From the NCBI RefSeq assembly GCF_006345805.1, contig NW_021833419.1, positions 11,560 to 75,559 on the forward strand: a DNA stretch of 64,000 nucleotides. Direction: 5' to 3'. The notes under the pieces are model-generated. The model did no database searches. It was given only the letters and a program-made list of their open reading frames with translations, and had not been told where the DNA came from. Within the stretch, counting starts at the first letter, position 1. Each line of letters starts with the position of its first letter. This document shows, one piece after another, positions 39,765 to 52,930 of this stretch. The translations under genes were made by a program, and so were the position numbers. The stretch comes from Octopus sinensis. Taxonomy: Eukaryota.

Positions 39765-40160
39765 TAATAATAATAATAATAAAGTCGACCTCGGCGGAAT
39801 TTGAACTCAGAACGTAGGGGCTACATATAGAGAGGACAAACAAGGACAGACAAACGGATTAAGTCAATTACATCGACCCCAGTGCGTAACTGGTACATAA
39901 TTTATCGACCCCGAAAGGATGAAAGGCAAAGTCGACCTCGGCGGAATTTGAACTCAGAACGTAGCGGCAGACGAAATACCTATTTCTTTACTGCCCACAA
40001 GGGGCTACACACAGAGGAAACAAACAAGAACAAAGGGATAAAGTCGATTACATCGACTCCAGTGCGTAACTGGTACTTAATTTATCGACCCCGAAAGGAT
40101 GAATGTCAAAGTCGACCTCGGCGGAATTTGAACTCAGTACGTAGCGGCAGACGAAATACG
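39560..40160 (-). mobile_element. Head-to-tail SINE-B trimer; one unit interrupted by (ATT)n with a 14-bp TSD
   Basis: Units at about 39985-40160, 39820-39983 and 39560-39818. aaagtcgacct(g/c)gg at 39697-39710 and 39781-39794 flanks the (TAA)n insert. Confidence 0.9.
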
Positions 40161-41564
40161 TATTTTTTTACTATATATATGTGTACTCACACAAATGTAC
40201 ATGCACGAACATACTGGATTCCTGTAAAAGGCGGCGCAGGAAGAGTAATCAACAATTGTAGGCTGAGTGGAAAGAAAAAAACCTGCCAACATTTGGAAAT
40301 AATGTGGAAATAGTGAACAATAATTGCAAAGATACGAAGTATTGTTTCTACATAGGGTCATGGCATGTGAAGTGAAGGGAGATAACTTTAGCAGAGTGTG
40401 TCTTAGTCTAATGAAGTTATTCCCCTGGAATTGTTTTTTATTTAGCATAATTCAGTTGATGGATTTTGCAGACAAAATCAAAAGCGTTATTCCTTCTAAG
40501 TGGTCATGGGCCTGCTAGAAATAGCAACCAAATTCACTCAAGTTACACTGTTCTCGGTGAGTTCAACGCTCAACAATATTCTTAGATTTAATGTCCATTC
40601 TGTAATGCTGTTACAGATGTAGAAACCTAAACTTCCGCAATCCGCCCCCCCCCCCCTAGTTGTATTCCATTAACAAACCCCTGACTGGCACACAGAAAGT
40701 CGAAATATGCCCTACCTCTTTCTTTCTTACCGTTAAACTCAAACTCTCCCAAGCCAGATCCACAAACAGATGAGTCACCTGACCGGTGCCCCATCGCGAC
40801 CACTCACAATACATCGACATACTACAAAATGATCCCTGCCTCCCAGACAGTTAAGGACAAGAAGTCTGGTTTGGGGAGTGGAGTTTCGGAAAATTCACAC
40901 GACCCGACATTTTTTCCATCGTGGCTTTCAGGAGGGTGGGTACTTTTTGGTGAGGTTTTGTGCAAGTACTTTTCGAGCGGCATGGATTGCTATTGTAAAC
41001 AAACTTGTTGGCGGGGTGTTTTGCAAGGTGGAGGAGTTTCTGGGGGACGGTGTTTCAAATGGGGCGGCCCACGTGGGTTTGAGTTTCTCCGTTTTGACGG
41101 GCATTTTTTTTTTGCAATTTTTACCTTTTTTTCCACCTACCTTATCACGAAAAAAAAAATGTTTGAACATTCAGAACTCCACCAGTTCTATAGCAGCACA
41201 CGTGTGACACCTTTGCCCCATCACAAACAAACATTTAGGTGGCTGACTAAAACCATCCCGTTTCAGCATTTCCCTCTACGTCCCACGTAAAATTCCCATC
41301 CAAAGCTTCCTCAATAGTTACGTTGCGGAATATTCAGGCTAAGAATATAGCCAACTTAGAGAAAATCTACCCCGCTTCCACTTCTTCCCACGAAATATCC
41401 AGTTCCATATAGTATTTGCTCAGTTCCACAAATCCCGCAGAACCGTCAGTTGAACGGCGAAGGTCACGTCTTTGCATTACAGAACCCGCAAGGTCTTTCG
41501 AACATCCAATCCGCAGAAGTAACTTCGATCCTTTGACAAATGTCTACAAACAATGCAGAACCCT

Positions 41565-41750
41565 CTTTTCTTTTATCTTTTACTTGCTGCAGTCATTAGA
41601 CTCCGGCCATACTGGGATACCACCCTGAAGAATTTTGTTGTCGAATTAATCGACCCCATTAGTTGTTTTTAAGCCTGGTACCTATTATATAGTTGGTCTT
41701 TTGTCAAACCGCTAACATTGGTTGTCAATCGGTGGAGGGGGACAAACACA
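41565..41750 (-). mobile_element. Diverged SINE-A 3' fragment
   Basis: Recognisable tail and gtcga...aatcgacccc segment. Confidence 0.65.
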
Positions 41751-41989
41751 CACACATTATATATGTATTATATATACATTCAGAGTGTACAAGATCCTGG
41801 TGACTTCGATCCTTCGGCATTGGTATAGGAGCTGGACTCTTAAATCTGACATGGAGCAAAGAATCCAGGCATTTGAGCACAAGTGCTTCAGAAGGCCGTA
41901 ACACAGAAGGCTGTACACAGAACACAAAATGAATATCTTGGCCAGAGACATATGTACGTGCATACCTTCCTACCTACCTACCTACCTAC

Positions 41990-42435
41990 CTACATATTTC
42001 TTTACTACCCTCAAGGGGCTAAACACAGAGGGGACAAACAAGTACAGACAAATGGATTAAGTCGATTTTATCGACCCCAGTGCGTAACTGGCAGTTAATT
42101 TATCGACCCCGAAAGGATGAAAGGCAAAGTCGACCTCGGCGGAATTTGAACTCAGAACGTAACGGCAGACGAAATACGGCTACGCATTTTGCCCGGCATG
42201 CTAACGTTTCTTATTTCTTTATTGCCCACAAGAGGGCTAAACATAGAGGAGACAAACAAGGACAGACAAAGGGATTAAGCCGATTACATCGATCCCAGTG
42301 CGTAACTGGTACTTTATTTATCGACCCCGAAAGGATGAAAGGCAAAGTCGACCTCGGCGGAATTTGAACGTAGCGACAGACGAAATAGCGCTGAGCATTT
42401 CGCCCCGCATACTAATGTTTCTGCCAGCTCGCCGT
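41990..42435 (-). mobile_element. Head-to-tail SINE-B dimer
   Basis: The tail of one unit joins gaaacgttagc in the head of the next at about 42205. Confidence 0.9.
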
Positions 42436-42511
42436 CTTCCTACCTACCTACCTACCTACATACATACATACATACACACACATACACACATACATACCTA
42501 CCTACATACAT

Positions 42512-42542
<31 letters not shown>

Positions 42543-42826
42543 TACATACATACATACATACATACACACATACACACATACACACATACCTACCTACACA
42601 CACACACACATACATACATACATACACACACACATACACACATACACACACATACACACATACATACATACATACATATATACGCACATACATACATACA
42701 TACATACATACATACATACATACAATGGAAATAGCAACTCCCCTGGCAGATAAAAAGGTAAAAAGATGAAGCTTTCCTTGTACGCTCACGGTCATGTATC
42801 CTGCCACAACTCCTTGTCCAAAACTA

Positions 42827-43235
42827 AGATCTATTCGGTTTGAACGGCAGTTTTTTCTAGTGGTGTCATATAAAATTGTCACCCATAATTATGACCCTAG
42901 TATCGATCTATTGCATTTCAATCTGTTTTAGTGTTAGGGGTGGGGGGAAAGGTATCTTTTTTCTTCACAAATGTAAATAAACCCAATCTGTTTCTTAAAC
43001 GAGGGACATATTCATACAGCACAGAATGTAAATACCTCAATAGACGGTCATTGATTGGTTGAAATTACAGAAATTGAAGAAAAAAACAACAAATATCTTA
43101 CAAACCATAGAATTTTCTCAATAAAGCCAAGAGAAAAAGATGTTTTATAAACACATTCTACCGGTATACGAAGTTTAAAATTTTTTAGTTACCTAGAAAT
43201 TATGTTAAAAACTGCCGTTGAAACCGAAAAGATCC
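42827..43235 (+). mobile_element. GGATC-TIR MITE copy with perfect 8-bp TSD
   Basis: caaaacta at 42819-42826 and 43236-43243. Confidence 0.92.
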
Positions 43236-43512
43236 CAAAACTATTCTCCAGGGTAGAGTTGAGGGAAAGAGAAAGAGACAACTGGACAGGTCACTGCACA
43301 GTAGACCTGTTACATATGAAATAGAACAGAGACCAGTGGCGGCGGCTGACCATGAAAGCGTCTCGTGGGGTACCCCAAACGACTGGCTGCATCAAAAATA
43401 CGTATATATATATCGATGTCAACACATAGGCATGTTCGTACCCGTCTGTGTACATTTATGGACGTTTGTGTGCATGCACATGTGCCCGGACATCAGAGAC
43501 CCTCACAATGTT

Positions 43513-44017
<505 letters not shown>

Positions 44018-44064
44018 TGTTCGTATTTTTTATATTTCAAGCTGATGCTGACTGTTAGGCAAAA

Positions 44065-45530
44065 GTTGCAATCATCTGCTGTAATCATTCACTACCATAT
44101 TCTGCTGCAATTATCCACTGCAATCTTCCACTGCAATCATCCACTGGCAAACATCCACTGCAATCATCCACTGGAATTATCAACTGTAATCTTCCACTGG
44201 CAATGATCCACAGCAATTATCAACTGCAATCTTCCACTGCAATTATCAACTGCAATCTTCCACTGGCAATCAACCACTGCAATCATCCACTGCAATCATC
44301 CACTGCAATCATCCACTGGCAATCATCCACTGCAATCATCCACTGGCAAACATCCACTGGCAATCATCCACTGCAATCATCCACTGCAATCATCCACTGG
44401 CAATCATCCACTGCAATCATCCACTGGCAAACATCCATGGCAATCATCCACTGCAATCATCCACTGGCAATCATCCACTGCAATCATCCACTGGCAAACA
44501 TCCACTGGCAATCATCCACTGCAATCATCCACTGTAATCTTCCACTGCAATCTTCCACTGCAATTATCAACTGCAATCTTCCACTGGCAATCATCCACTG
44601 GCAATAAACCACTGCAATCATCCACTGCAATCATCCACTGCAATCATCCACTGGCAATCATCCACTGCAATCATCCACTGGCAAACATCCATGGCAATCA
44701 TCCACTGCAATCATCCACTGCAATCATCCACTGGCAATCATCCACTGCAATCATCCACTGCAATTATCAACTGCAATCTTCCACTGGCAATCATCCACTG
44801 CAATCATCCACTGGCAATCAACCACTGCAATTATCCACTGGCAATCATCCACTGCAATTATCAACTGCAATCTTCCACTGGCAATCATCCACTGTAATCC
44901 TCCACTGCAATTATCAACTGCAATCTTCCACTGGCAATCATCCGCTGCAATCATCCACTGGCAATCAGCTACTGCAATCATCCACTGCAATCATCCACTG
45001 CAATTATCCACTGTAATCTTCCACTGGCAATCATCCACTGTAATTATCAGCTACAATTATCAACTGCAATCTTCCACTGGCATTCAACCACTGCAATCAT
45101 CCACTGCAATCATCCACTGCAATTATCAACTGCAATCTTCCACTGGCAATCATCCACTGCAATCATCCGCTGCAATTATCAACTGCAATCTTCCACTGCA
45201 ATTATCCACTGCAATTATCAACTGCAATCTTCCACTGGCAATCATCCACTGCAATCATCCACTGGCAATCATCCACTGCAATCTTCCACTGCAATTATCA
45301 ACTGCAATCTTCCACTGGCAATCATCCACTGCAATCATCCACTGCAATCATCCACTGCAATCATCCGCTGCAATCATCCGCTGCAATTATCAACTGCAAT
45401 CTTCCACTGCAATTATCAACTGCAATCTTCCACTGGCAATCATCCAATGCAATCATCCACTGCAATTATCCACTGCAATCATCAACTGCAATCATCCACT
45501 GGCAATCCTCCACTGCAGTAAACCCCCACT
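44065..45530. repeat. 13/14-bp variant minisatellite (tgcaatcatccac family), roughly 100 units
   Basis: Interspersed variants tgcaatcatccac, tggcaatcatccac, tgcaattatcaac, tgcaatcttccac and tggcaaacatccac. Confidence 0.95.
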
Positions 45531-46069
45531 GCTCGCTGACGTAAAATCTTTTACGCGAACACAATGGAGATAGGAACACTGCCAGACTTAATAAATATGG
45601 ACATGGACCGCAGCTTGTGATGTGATAAGCGATAGACATATTCCTAAGCCTCCTCCTTCATCATTTCCACTCCACTCTCTTCGTCCCCTTCATCACCGCC
45701 ATCACTATCACAATCGTTGTCTCTTCTTCCCCGTTTCTCTCTTTGATGCCCACTGTATTCCTTCCATTCCTCTTGTTTACGGTAACACGCAGAGTGAGAT
45801 ATCATCAGCTCAGCTTCCTTTTTTAGTTGTTTAAATAACACTTCTGAGTGAAGTAGATAAAAACATTTCCTACTTAGCAACATTTAAACAAATACGAATT
45901 AATATCTGCTTCTTCTACCACTCTCTGAATATCTCTTACCACCAAGACCACCACCACCACCACCATCACCACCACCACCATCACCACCACCATCACCACC
46001 ACCACTACCACTTCGGTCATATCTCTTGTTGCCTCGAAGATCACCTCTCACTTCACCCCCCCAAATTTA

Positions 46070-46254
46070 TTTCTTATTTCTTTATTGCCCACAAGGGGCT
46101 AAACGTAGAGGGGACAAACAAGGACAGACACACGGATTAAGTCGATTACATCGACCCCAGAGCGTAAATGGTACTTAATTTATCGACCCCGAAAGGATGA
46201 AAGGCAAAGTCGACCTCGGCGGAATTTGAACTCAGGACGTAGCGGCAGACGAAA
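46070..46254 (-). mobile_element. SINE-B, 5'-truncated
   Basis: Core and tail intact. Confidence 0.88.
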
Positions 46255-46259
46255 GTCTC

Positions 46260-46857
46260 ATTGTCTAGGTACAAAATAACACGGAAGAGATTGTGGGAGA
46301 GAGGGCGAGCTAACGGTTCTGCCCAGCTGCCCGCCGTTGTAAAATATGTGGGAAAAGTGGTCAAAGTTTGTAGTAAGTCCGGTCCGTTTGAAATGGATGA
46401 GGGGGGGAGGTAACGGCCAAGTCGGTGATGGTAGGAATTTAGTAAGATGCGCTTTGAGGCAACAGATAAAGGGACATTTACAAAATAAGACCTACCTCCA
46501 CACACACACACACACACCACACACACACACACACATACACACACAAGACATGAATCGCAAGGAGGAGAAAAAGTGAATGGGACAGTAGGAGTGGTCAGAA
46601 ACTAAAGAAAATACATTTAAAGAATATGGCGGCTGTAAATGAATATAAAGACAAGATCATCTAGAACTGTAAGGAGCGGTCAGAATAAGACGCCCGCTCG
46701 CACACGCACACACGCGCACACGCAACACACGCACACACGCGCACACGCGCACACGCACACACGCGCACACGCACACACGTTCCCTACGCACACGCATCAA
46801 TAATTGTCGCTAATAGTCTTGTTTGAAAGAGAAAGACAAACAGGATCCAAGGTAAGT
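46260..46857 (+). promoter_or_regulatory. Candidate promoter / non-coding first exon
   Basis: CpG-containing unique sequence, YY1-like aatatggcggct at 46623, consensus donor AAG|GTAAGT at 46851/46852. No expression data. Confidence 0.3.
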
Positions 46858-46905
46858 ACCTATTATATCGAGCAGAGAAGACATAATTATTATTCAATAC
46901 ATACA

Positions 46906-46936
<31 letters not shown>

Positions 46937-47349
46937 CTACGTACGTACGTACATACATACATACGAATACAAACAAATATGTACATATATTTACCTATTT
47001 ATTTGTCTGTCTCCCCCTCACTCTGCATGTATGTATATATGTATGTGTGTGTGTGTGTGTGTATATATATATGTTTATATATGTATATATATATATATAT
47101 ATGTATATATATTGTTGTCTGACAGCGCCTCGCGTCGGGTTCGTTTTCGATTCGTCGGTTCGTTCCATCTCGTCCTCCATTTTAATTCTTATATATATTC
47201 AAGACGCGAAATTATCTCCCCTTGCTTTACCCTCTCCCCTCTCTCTCCCTCTCACTCTCCCTCCTCTCTCTCTCAGCCGCGTGTCCCCCTCTTTTTCTCT
47301 CTCTCTCTCACTCCTCCTTCTTCCTCACCGCCAGCCATAATCTCTTTCT

Positions 47350-48648
47350 GGATCTTTTCTATTCTGAAGCCAGTTTTTTCAAATTTTTCCTACTGAACCA
47401 AACAATTTGAAACTTCGTATACTGGTAGAATGTGTCAAAAGTAAACTTAATTGTAAACCAGAATGAAAACGGAATTGTAACTTCTAAGTTTAACGTTGTT
47501 TAATAATTAGAATTTTAACCAATGATATTCCGTCATTCGGCTTTATTTTATTTACTCCGTCTCGACCACCAATTTCGTGACGTATTAAACATCTTAAATG
47601 TAAACAAGCTATAGTCAGCCACCTTCTAATAACAAAAGTTTGTCTTTGAAGTTACCGTCTAGGGGAAGCATTGATGTACATGTGTGTGTGTGTGTGTGGT
47701 TTGATGGGGTGTGGGAGACAGTATGTTGTGTAAGTGAAGTGCTTCTGTTAGTGTGTGTGAAGAGACAGAGAGAGTAATGTGTGAAGAGAGAGATAACTGA
47801 AATTTTTTACTCGGTGTATGTGTATATGTATGTCTGCATGTATGTGTGTGTGTATGTATGTGTAAGTATGTGTGTGTGTGTGTATGTATGTGTGTGTGTA
47901 TGTATGTATGGCCGATTCATCGTAATTACGATGAATCGGCCATACATACATAGATACATACACACACACACATACATGCAGACATACATATACACATACA
48001 CCGAGTAAAAAATTTCAGTTATCTCTCTCTTTCACACATTACTCTCTCTGTCTCTTCACACACACTAACAGAAGCACTTCACTTACACAACATACTGTCT
48101 CCCACACCCCATCAAACACACACACACATGTACATCAATGCTTCCCCTAGACGGTAACTTCAAAGACAAACTTCCCTCGTCATAAAATCGCTTCCTCTTA
48201 GTCTCTTTCGCTCTCATTACTTATGTAAAAAAATAAAAGTTTTTTACGGAAATCGACGGAAAACTTGTGCTACGACAAGCGAAACTTCGCCGAAATTTAA
48301 TATTAAAAAAGCAAAGAGCTGGCAGAAACGTTAGCACGCCGGGCGAAATGCGTAGCCGTATTTCGTCTGCCGTGTTTGTTTACAGTTTTCCGAACGTTAG
48401 TACGTCACAAAAGCGCTTTCTACGTCACACTAATAGAATGCAGTCAAGTTTTACACATGAAAACAAACAATCTGATTGGTTAAAATTCGCAGTTTTAATC
48501 TACGATTAAAGTCATAAAATAGATTTTTCTCAAATAAACTAGTTCCAACCTGTGTCTTGTTTTGCTAGACTCTATCAGCATACGAAGTTTCAGATTATTT
48601 AGTTAAGTAGAAAGATCTGTGGTCCTGGCTTCAGAATAGAAAAGATCC
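47350..48648. mobile_element. 1.3-kb TIR element with GGATC termini and 8-bp TSD
   Basis: TIR ggatcttttctattctgaagccag / ctggcttcagaatagaaaagatcc; TSD ctctttct at 47342-47349 and 48649-48656; subterminal aaacttcgtatactggtaga shared with the MITEs. Confidence 0.9.
47636..48173. repeat. Spacerless ~540-bp palindrome
   Basis: Centre ggccgattcatcgtaa|ttacgatgaatcggcc at 47925/47926; arms differ only by microsatellite length and single indels. Confidence 0.95.
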
Positions 48649-49293
48649 CTCTTTCTTTTGCACGCTGCCTTTGGGACTGAAAAGTCATGCTTTCCATACG
48701 CTTTCCATACGCTTTCCATACGCTGCCACTACATCTTCCGTCTAGCCAAAAAAGGCCTTTTCGTTCGTTTTTTCTCGTTCGTTCTCTTGTTTTAATTGAT
48801 TTCCCGTATTGTATTCTTTTTTTATTTCTCGTTTGTATTTTTTTGTACATATATTTTTATCGTGTAATTTATTTTGTATTTTACTGTGCAGTTTTATTAT
48901 TACGTCCTGGTTGTGTTCTTAACCGTTTTTCACCCGGCTGCTTGGAATTTTATTTTAATTCTCTCGCAGGAAGGCTTAGTTTTACGATGTGTCCTGTCTC
49001 GCCTTCGAAACACGCTTGAGTCTAACTAGCGACAGCTGATGACCGGGGACTTTTCCTTATTTTCTTGTTATAATTTTATGTTTTTCCCGTTTCTACGTCC
49101 TGTTGTGGTGTCCTGTACTCACGTATATTTGTTTATATATGCATGTATATATACATGTAGATGTGGGTACGTACATGTATGTTTGTGTGTATGCATATGT
49201 TTTGATTATTACATTGTTGTCTGACAGCGCCTCGCGTTGGGTTTGTTTTCGATTCGTCGGTTCGTTCCATCTCTTGTCCTCCATTTTAATTCT

Positions 49294-49442
<149 letters not shown>

Positions 49443-49534
49443 TATATATATATATTATATATATATATATAGTATATATATATATATATATATATAATGC
49501 TAAAAAGATTTTGCCAGAAGTGATGTAAGCATCT

Positions 49535-49772
49535 TTTATTTATTTACTGATATTCTTTTATTTGTTTCAGTCATTTGACTACGGCCGTGCTGGAGCACCA
49601 CCTTTAGTCGAAGAAATCGACCCCAAGACGTATTCTTTGTAAGCCTAGTACTTATTATATCACTCTCTTTTACCGAATTGCTAAGTTTCGGGGACGTAAT
49701 CACACCAACATCGCTTGTCAAACACACCTACCCACTCTCACGCACACACACACGCGCACACACACACGCACA

Positions 49773-49812
<40 letters not shown>

Positions 49813-50183
49813 CGTTCTTCCACAAAGATTCGGCCAACCAGACTCCACTCAACAAGGCTTTGGTTAGCTCGGGGCTACAACGGAAGACACGTGGGACTGA
49901 ACCGGGAACCACATCTATTACTAAATATATATCATATCTATATATATAAATACGCATACATAGACACGTGCCTATCTCTTTACTCTTTACTTGTTTCAGT
50001 CATTTGACTGCGGCCATGCTGGAGCACCGTCTTTTAGTCGAGCAAATCGACCCCGGGACTTATTCTTTGTAAGCCCAATACTTATACTATCGGTCTCTTT
50101 TGCCGAACCGCTAAGTGACGGGGACGTAAACACACCAGCATCGGTTGTCAAGTGATGTTGGGGGGACAAACACAGACACACAA

Positions 50184-50244
<61 letters not shown>

Positions 50245-50392
50245 CATATATACGACAGGCTTCTTTCAGTTTCCGTCTACCAAATCCACTCACAAGGCAG
50301 AGGACACTTTCCCAAGATACCACGCAGTGGGACTGAACCCGGAACCATGTGGTTGGTTAGCAAGCTACTTACCACACAGCCACTCCTGCGCC
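49535..50392 (-). mobile_element. Two SINE-A copies (diverged 49535-49915; good 49975-50392)
   Basis: Head, CORE-like and tail segments recognisable. Confidence 0.85.
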
Positions 50393-50937
50393 TGTAAACG
50401 CTCACTACGCAACACATACATATATAAATAGAAGTATACACGCAAATGCGCGCGTGCACCAACACACTGACACCACATGGTCCTGTTTGGGACAGTCTAA
50501 CCAGTCCGAACTGGTTTTCAGGTTCTGGTCAAAGGAACCCTTCACCTACATATTAATTATAGATTTATCGATTTTTTTATTCGTCTATAATACTCGTGAA
50601 ATAGTGGAGAGATCAATAACTAATACAGACATTCGAACTAACACACATACACACACACACACATAGATATATATGTGTGTATATTTTTACGAAGGTTTAT
50701 ATTGCGCGCGCATGCGTGCTCTTCTCTATTGATAAGTATGTATTATATTCCTGAGCAGTTTTGGTGAAGTATCTCGATAGACTTAGCGCTATACATTCAT
50801 ATATGCACACACTGACATATATATATATATATATACACATATGTGTGTGTGTGTATGTATACATACATATTTGTATATGTATGTATATATATGTATGTGT
50901 ATATATATATATATATATATATACTATTATATATATC

Positions 50938-50944
<7 letters not shown>

Positions 50945-50968
<24 letters not shown>

Positions 50969-51620
50969 TGTGTACAGTGCTCAGGTGCACTACAACTCAT
51001 CTAAAGTGTATATATAATCAGGTGTAGGTTCGGCGGATTTCGGAAGATGAGGGCTTAAAGGATGCAGTGTCATGGCAGTCAACAACTGACGCAGGCAATT
51101 TATTCCATGCTTCAGCAACTCTGAGCGTGAAAAAATGTTTCCGAAAGTCATGGGAGCTGTGCTGTTTTCTGACTTTGTAGGCATGTCCACGTGTGTTAGA
51201 CACATGGAGGTCAAAAAGGTGTTCAGTGTTGTTGTTGGTGAGGTGGTTGATAACCTTGTGGGTGTTTACCAAGTCCGTCGCCAGACGCCGGAGCTTCAGT
51301 GAATCCATGCCCAGGGAAACAAGGCGCTCAGAATATGGTAGGTGTCTGATGGAGGGTATGCGTTTGGTTGCACGTCTCTGGACAGATTCCAGGAGGTCAA
51401 TGTTATGAGCAAGATAGGGATTCCAAACTGATGATGCGAATTCCAAGTGTGGTCGTACCATAGCTGTATACAGTTTTAAGTAGATGGCTGGAGAGCGGCT
51501 AACAAAAGTCTTGCTGAGTGATGCCAAGACACCCTCGGCCTTCTTGACAATTTTAGAGATATGCTTTGTCCAACGCAAATCACTGCTGACAGTGATGCCT
51601 AGGTCACGCTCGCAAGAGGA
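50945..51620 (-). mobile_element. 5'-truncated CR1-type LINE (RT C-terminus, 3' UTR, ATT tail), copy 1
   Basis: DLRWTKHI...YTAMVRPHLEFASSVWNPY...LESVQRRATK...NTRGHAYK...FFTLRVAEAWNKLP; 3' hairpin gtagtgc/gcactgtac. Confidence 0.9.
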
Positions 51621-51672
51621 TATATATGTATGTATGTATATATATATGTATATATATATATATTATTATATA

Positions 51673-51689
<17 letters not shown>

Positions 51690-51719
<30 letters not shown>

Positions 51720-52374
51720 TGTGTACAGTGCTCAGGTGTGCACTACACTCATCTAAAGTGTATATATAATCAGGTGTAGGTTCGGCGGATTTCGGAAAGC
51801 ATGAGGGCCTTAAAGGATGCAGTGTCATGGCAGTCAACAACTGACGCAGGCAATTTATTCCATCGCTCAGCAACTCTGAGCGTGAAAAAATGTTTCCGAA
51901 AGTCATGGGAGCTGTGCTGTTTTCTGACTTTGTAGGCATGTCCACGTGTGTTAGACACATGGAGGTCAAAAAGGTGTTCAGTGTTGTTGTGTGGTGAGGT
52001 GGTTGATAACCTTGTGGGTGGTTACCAAGTCCGTCGCCAGACGCCGGAGCTTCAGTGAATCCATGCCCAGGGAAACAAGGCGCTCAGAATATGGTAGGTG
52101 TCTGATGGAGGGTATGCGTTTGGTTGCACGTCTCTGGACAGATCCAGGAGGTCAATGTTATGAGCAAGATAGGGATTCCAAACTGATGATGCGAATTCCA
52201 AGTGTGGTCGTACCATAGCTGTATACAGTTTTAAGTAGATGGCTGGAGAGCGGCTAACAAAAGTCTGCTGAGAGTGATGCCAAGACACCTCGGCCTTCTT
52301 GACAATTTTAGAGATATGCTTTGTCCAACGCAAATCACTGCTGACAGTGATGCCTAGGTCACGCTCGCAAGAGG
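51690..52374 (-). mobile_element. CR1-type LINE fragment, tandem copy 2
   Basis: Same truncation point and flanks as copy 1, with many single-base indels. Confidence 0.9.
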
Positions 52375-52443
52375 ATATATATGTATGTATGTATATATAT
52401 ATGTATATATATATATATGTATGTATGTATATGTGTATATACA

Positions 52444-52475
52444 CTTGCAGATATACCCGGCGTTGCCTGGGAATT
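52444..52475 (-). mobile_element. Helitron-like 3' end
   Basis: cccaggcaacgccgggtatatctgcaag|t resembles 4438-4465 (CTAG mutated to CAAG); 5' end not located. Confidence 0.55.
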
Positions 52476-52729
52476 AAATGGCACAGTTTTCATATATGGT
52501 ACAGTTAAGTTGAAACATGTAATACAGAGAAGTGCAGCATTTGTGGAATAAATGAATGGCTAATTCGACTAAGTAACATGTCATGCGTCTGTTTGGAAGA
52601 GTCCAGGCCCTAACCTTGTCATGGAAATGTAGGTGGGGGCATGTGACTTTTGAACGCACCAAAAACTGTAAGTGGATGTACTCTCCTTAGCGAATGTCGG
52701 TGCTGCAGACATAGGAACTACATCTATGT

Positions 52730-52930
52730 ATTTCACTACTGCCCACAAGGGGCTAAACACAGAGGGGACAAACGGATTATGTCGATTACATCGACCCCAG
52801 GGCGTAACTGGTACTTAATTTATCGACCCCGAAAGGATGAAAGGCAAAGTCGACCTCGGCGGAATTTGAACTCAGAACGTAACGGCAGACGAAATACGAC
52901 TACACATTTCACCCGGCGGGCTAACGAGTC
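52730..52930 (-). mobile_element. SINE-B
   Basis: Head, core and shortened tail. Confidence 0.88.
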
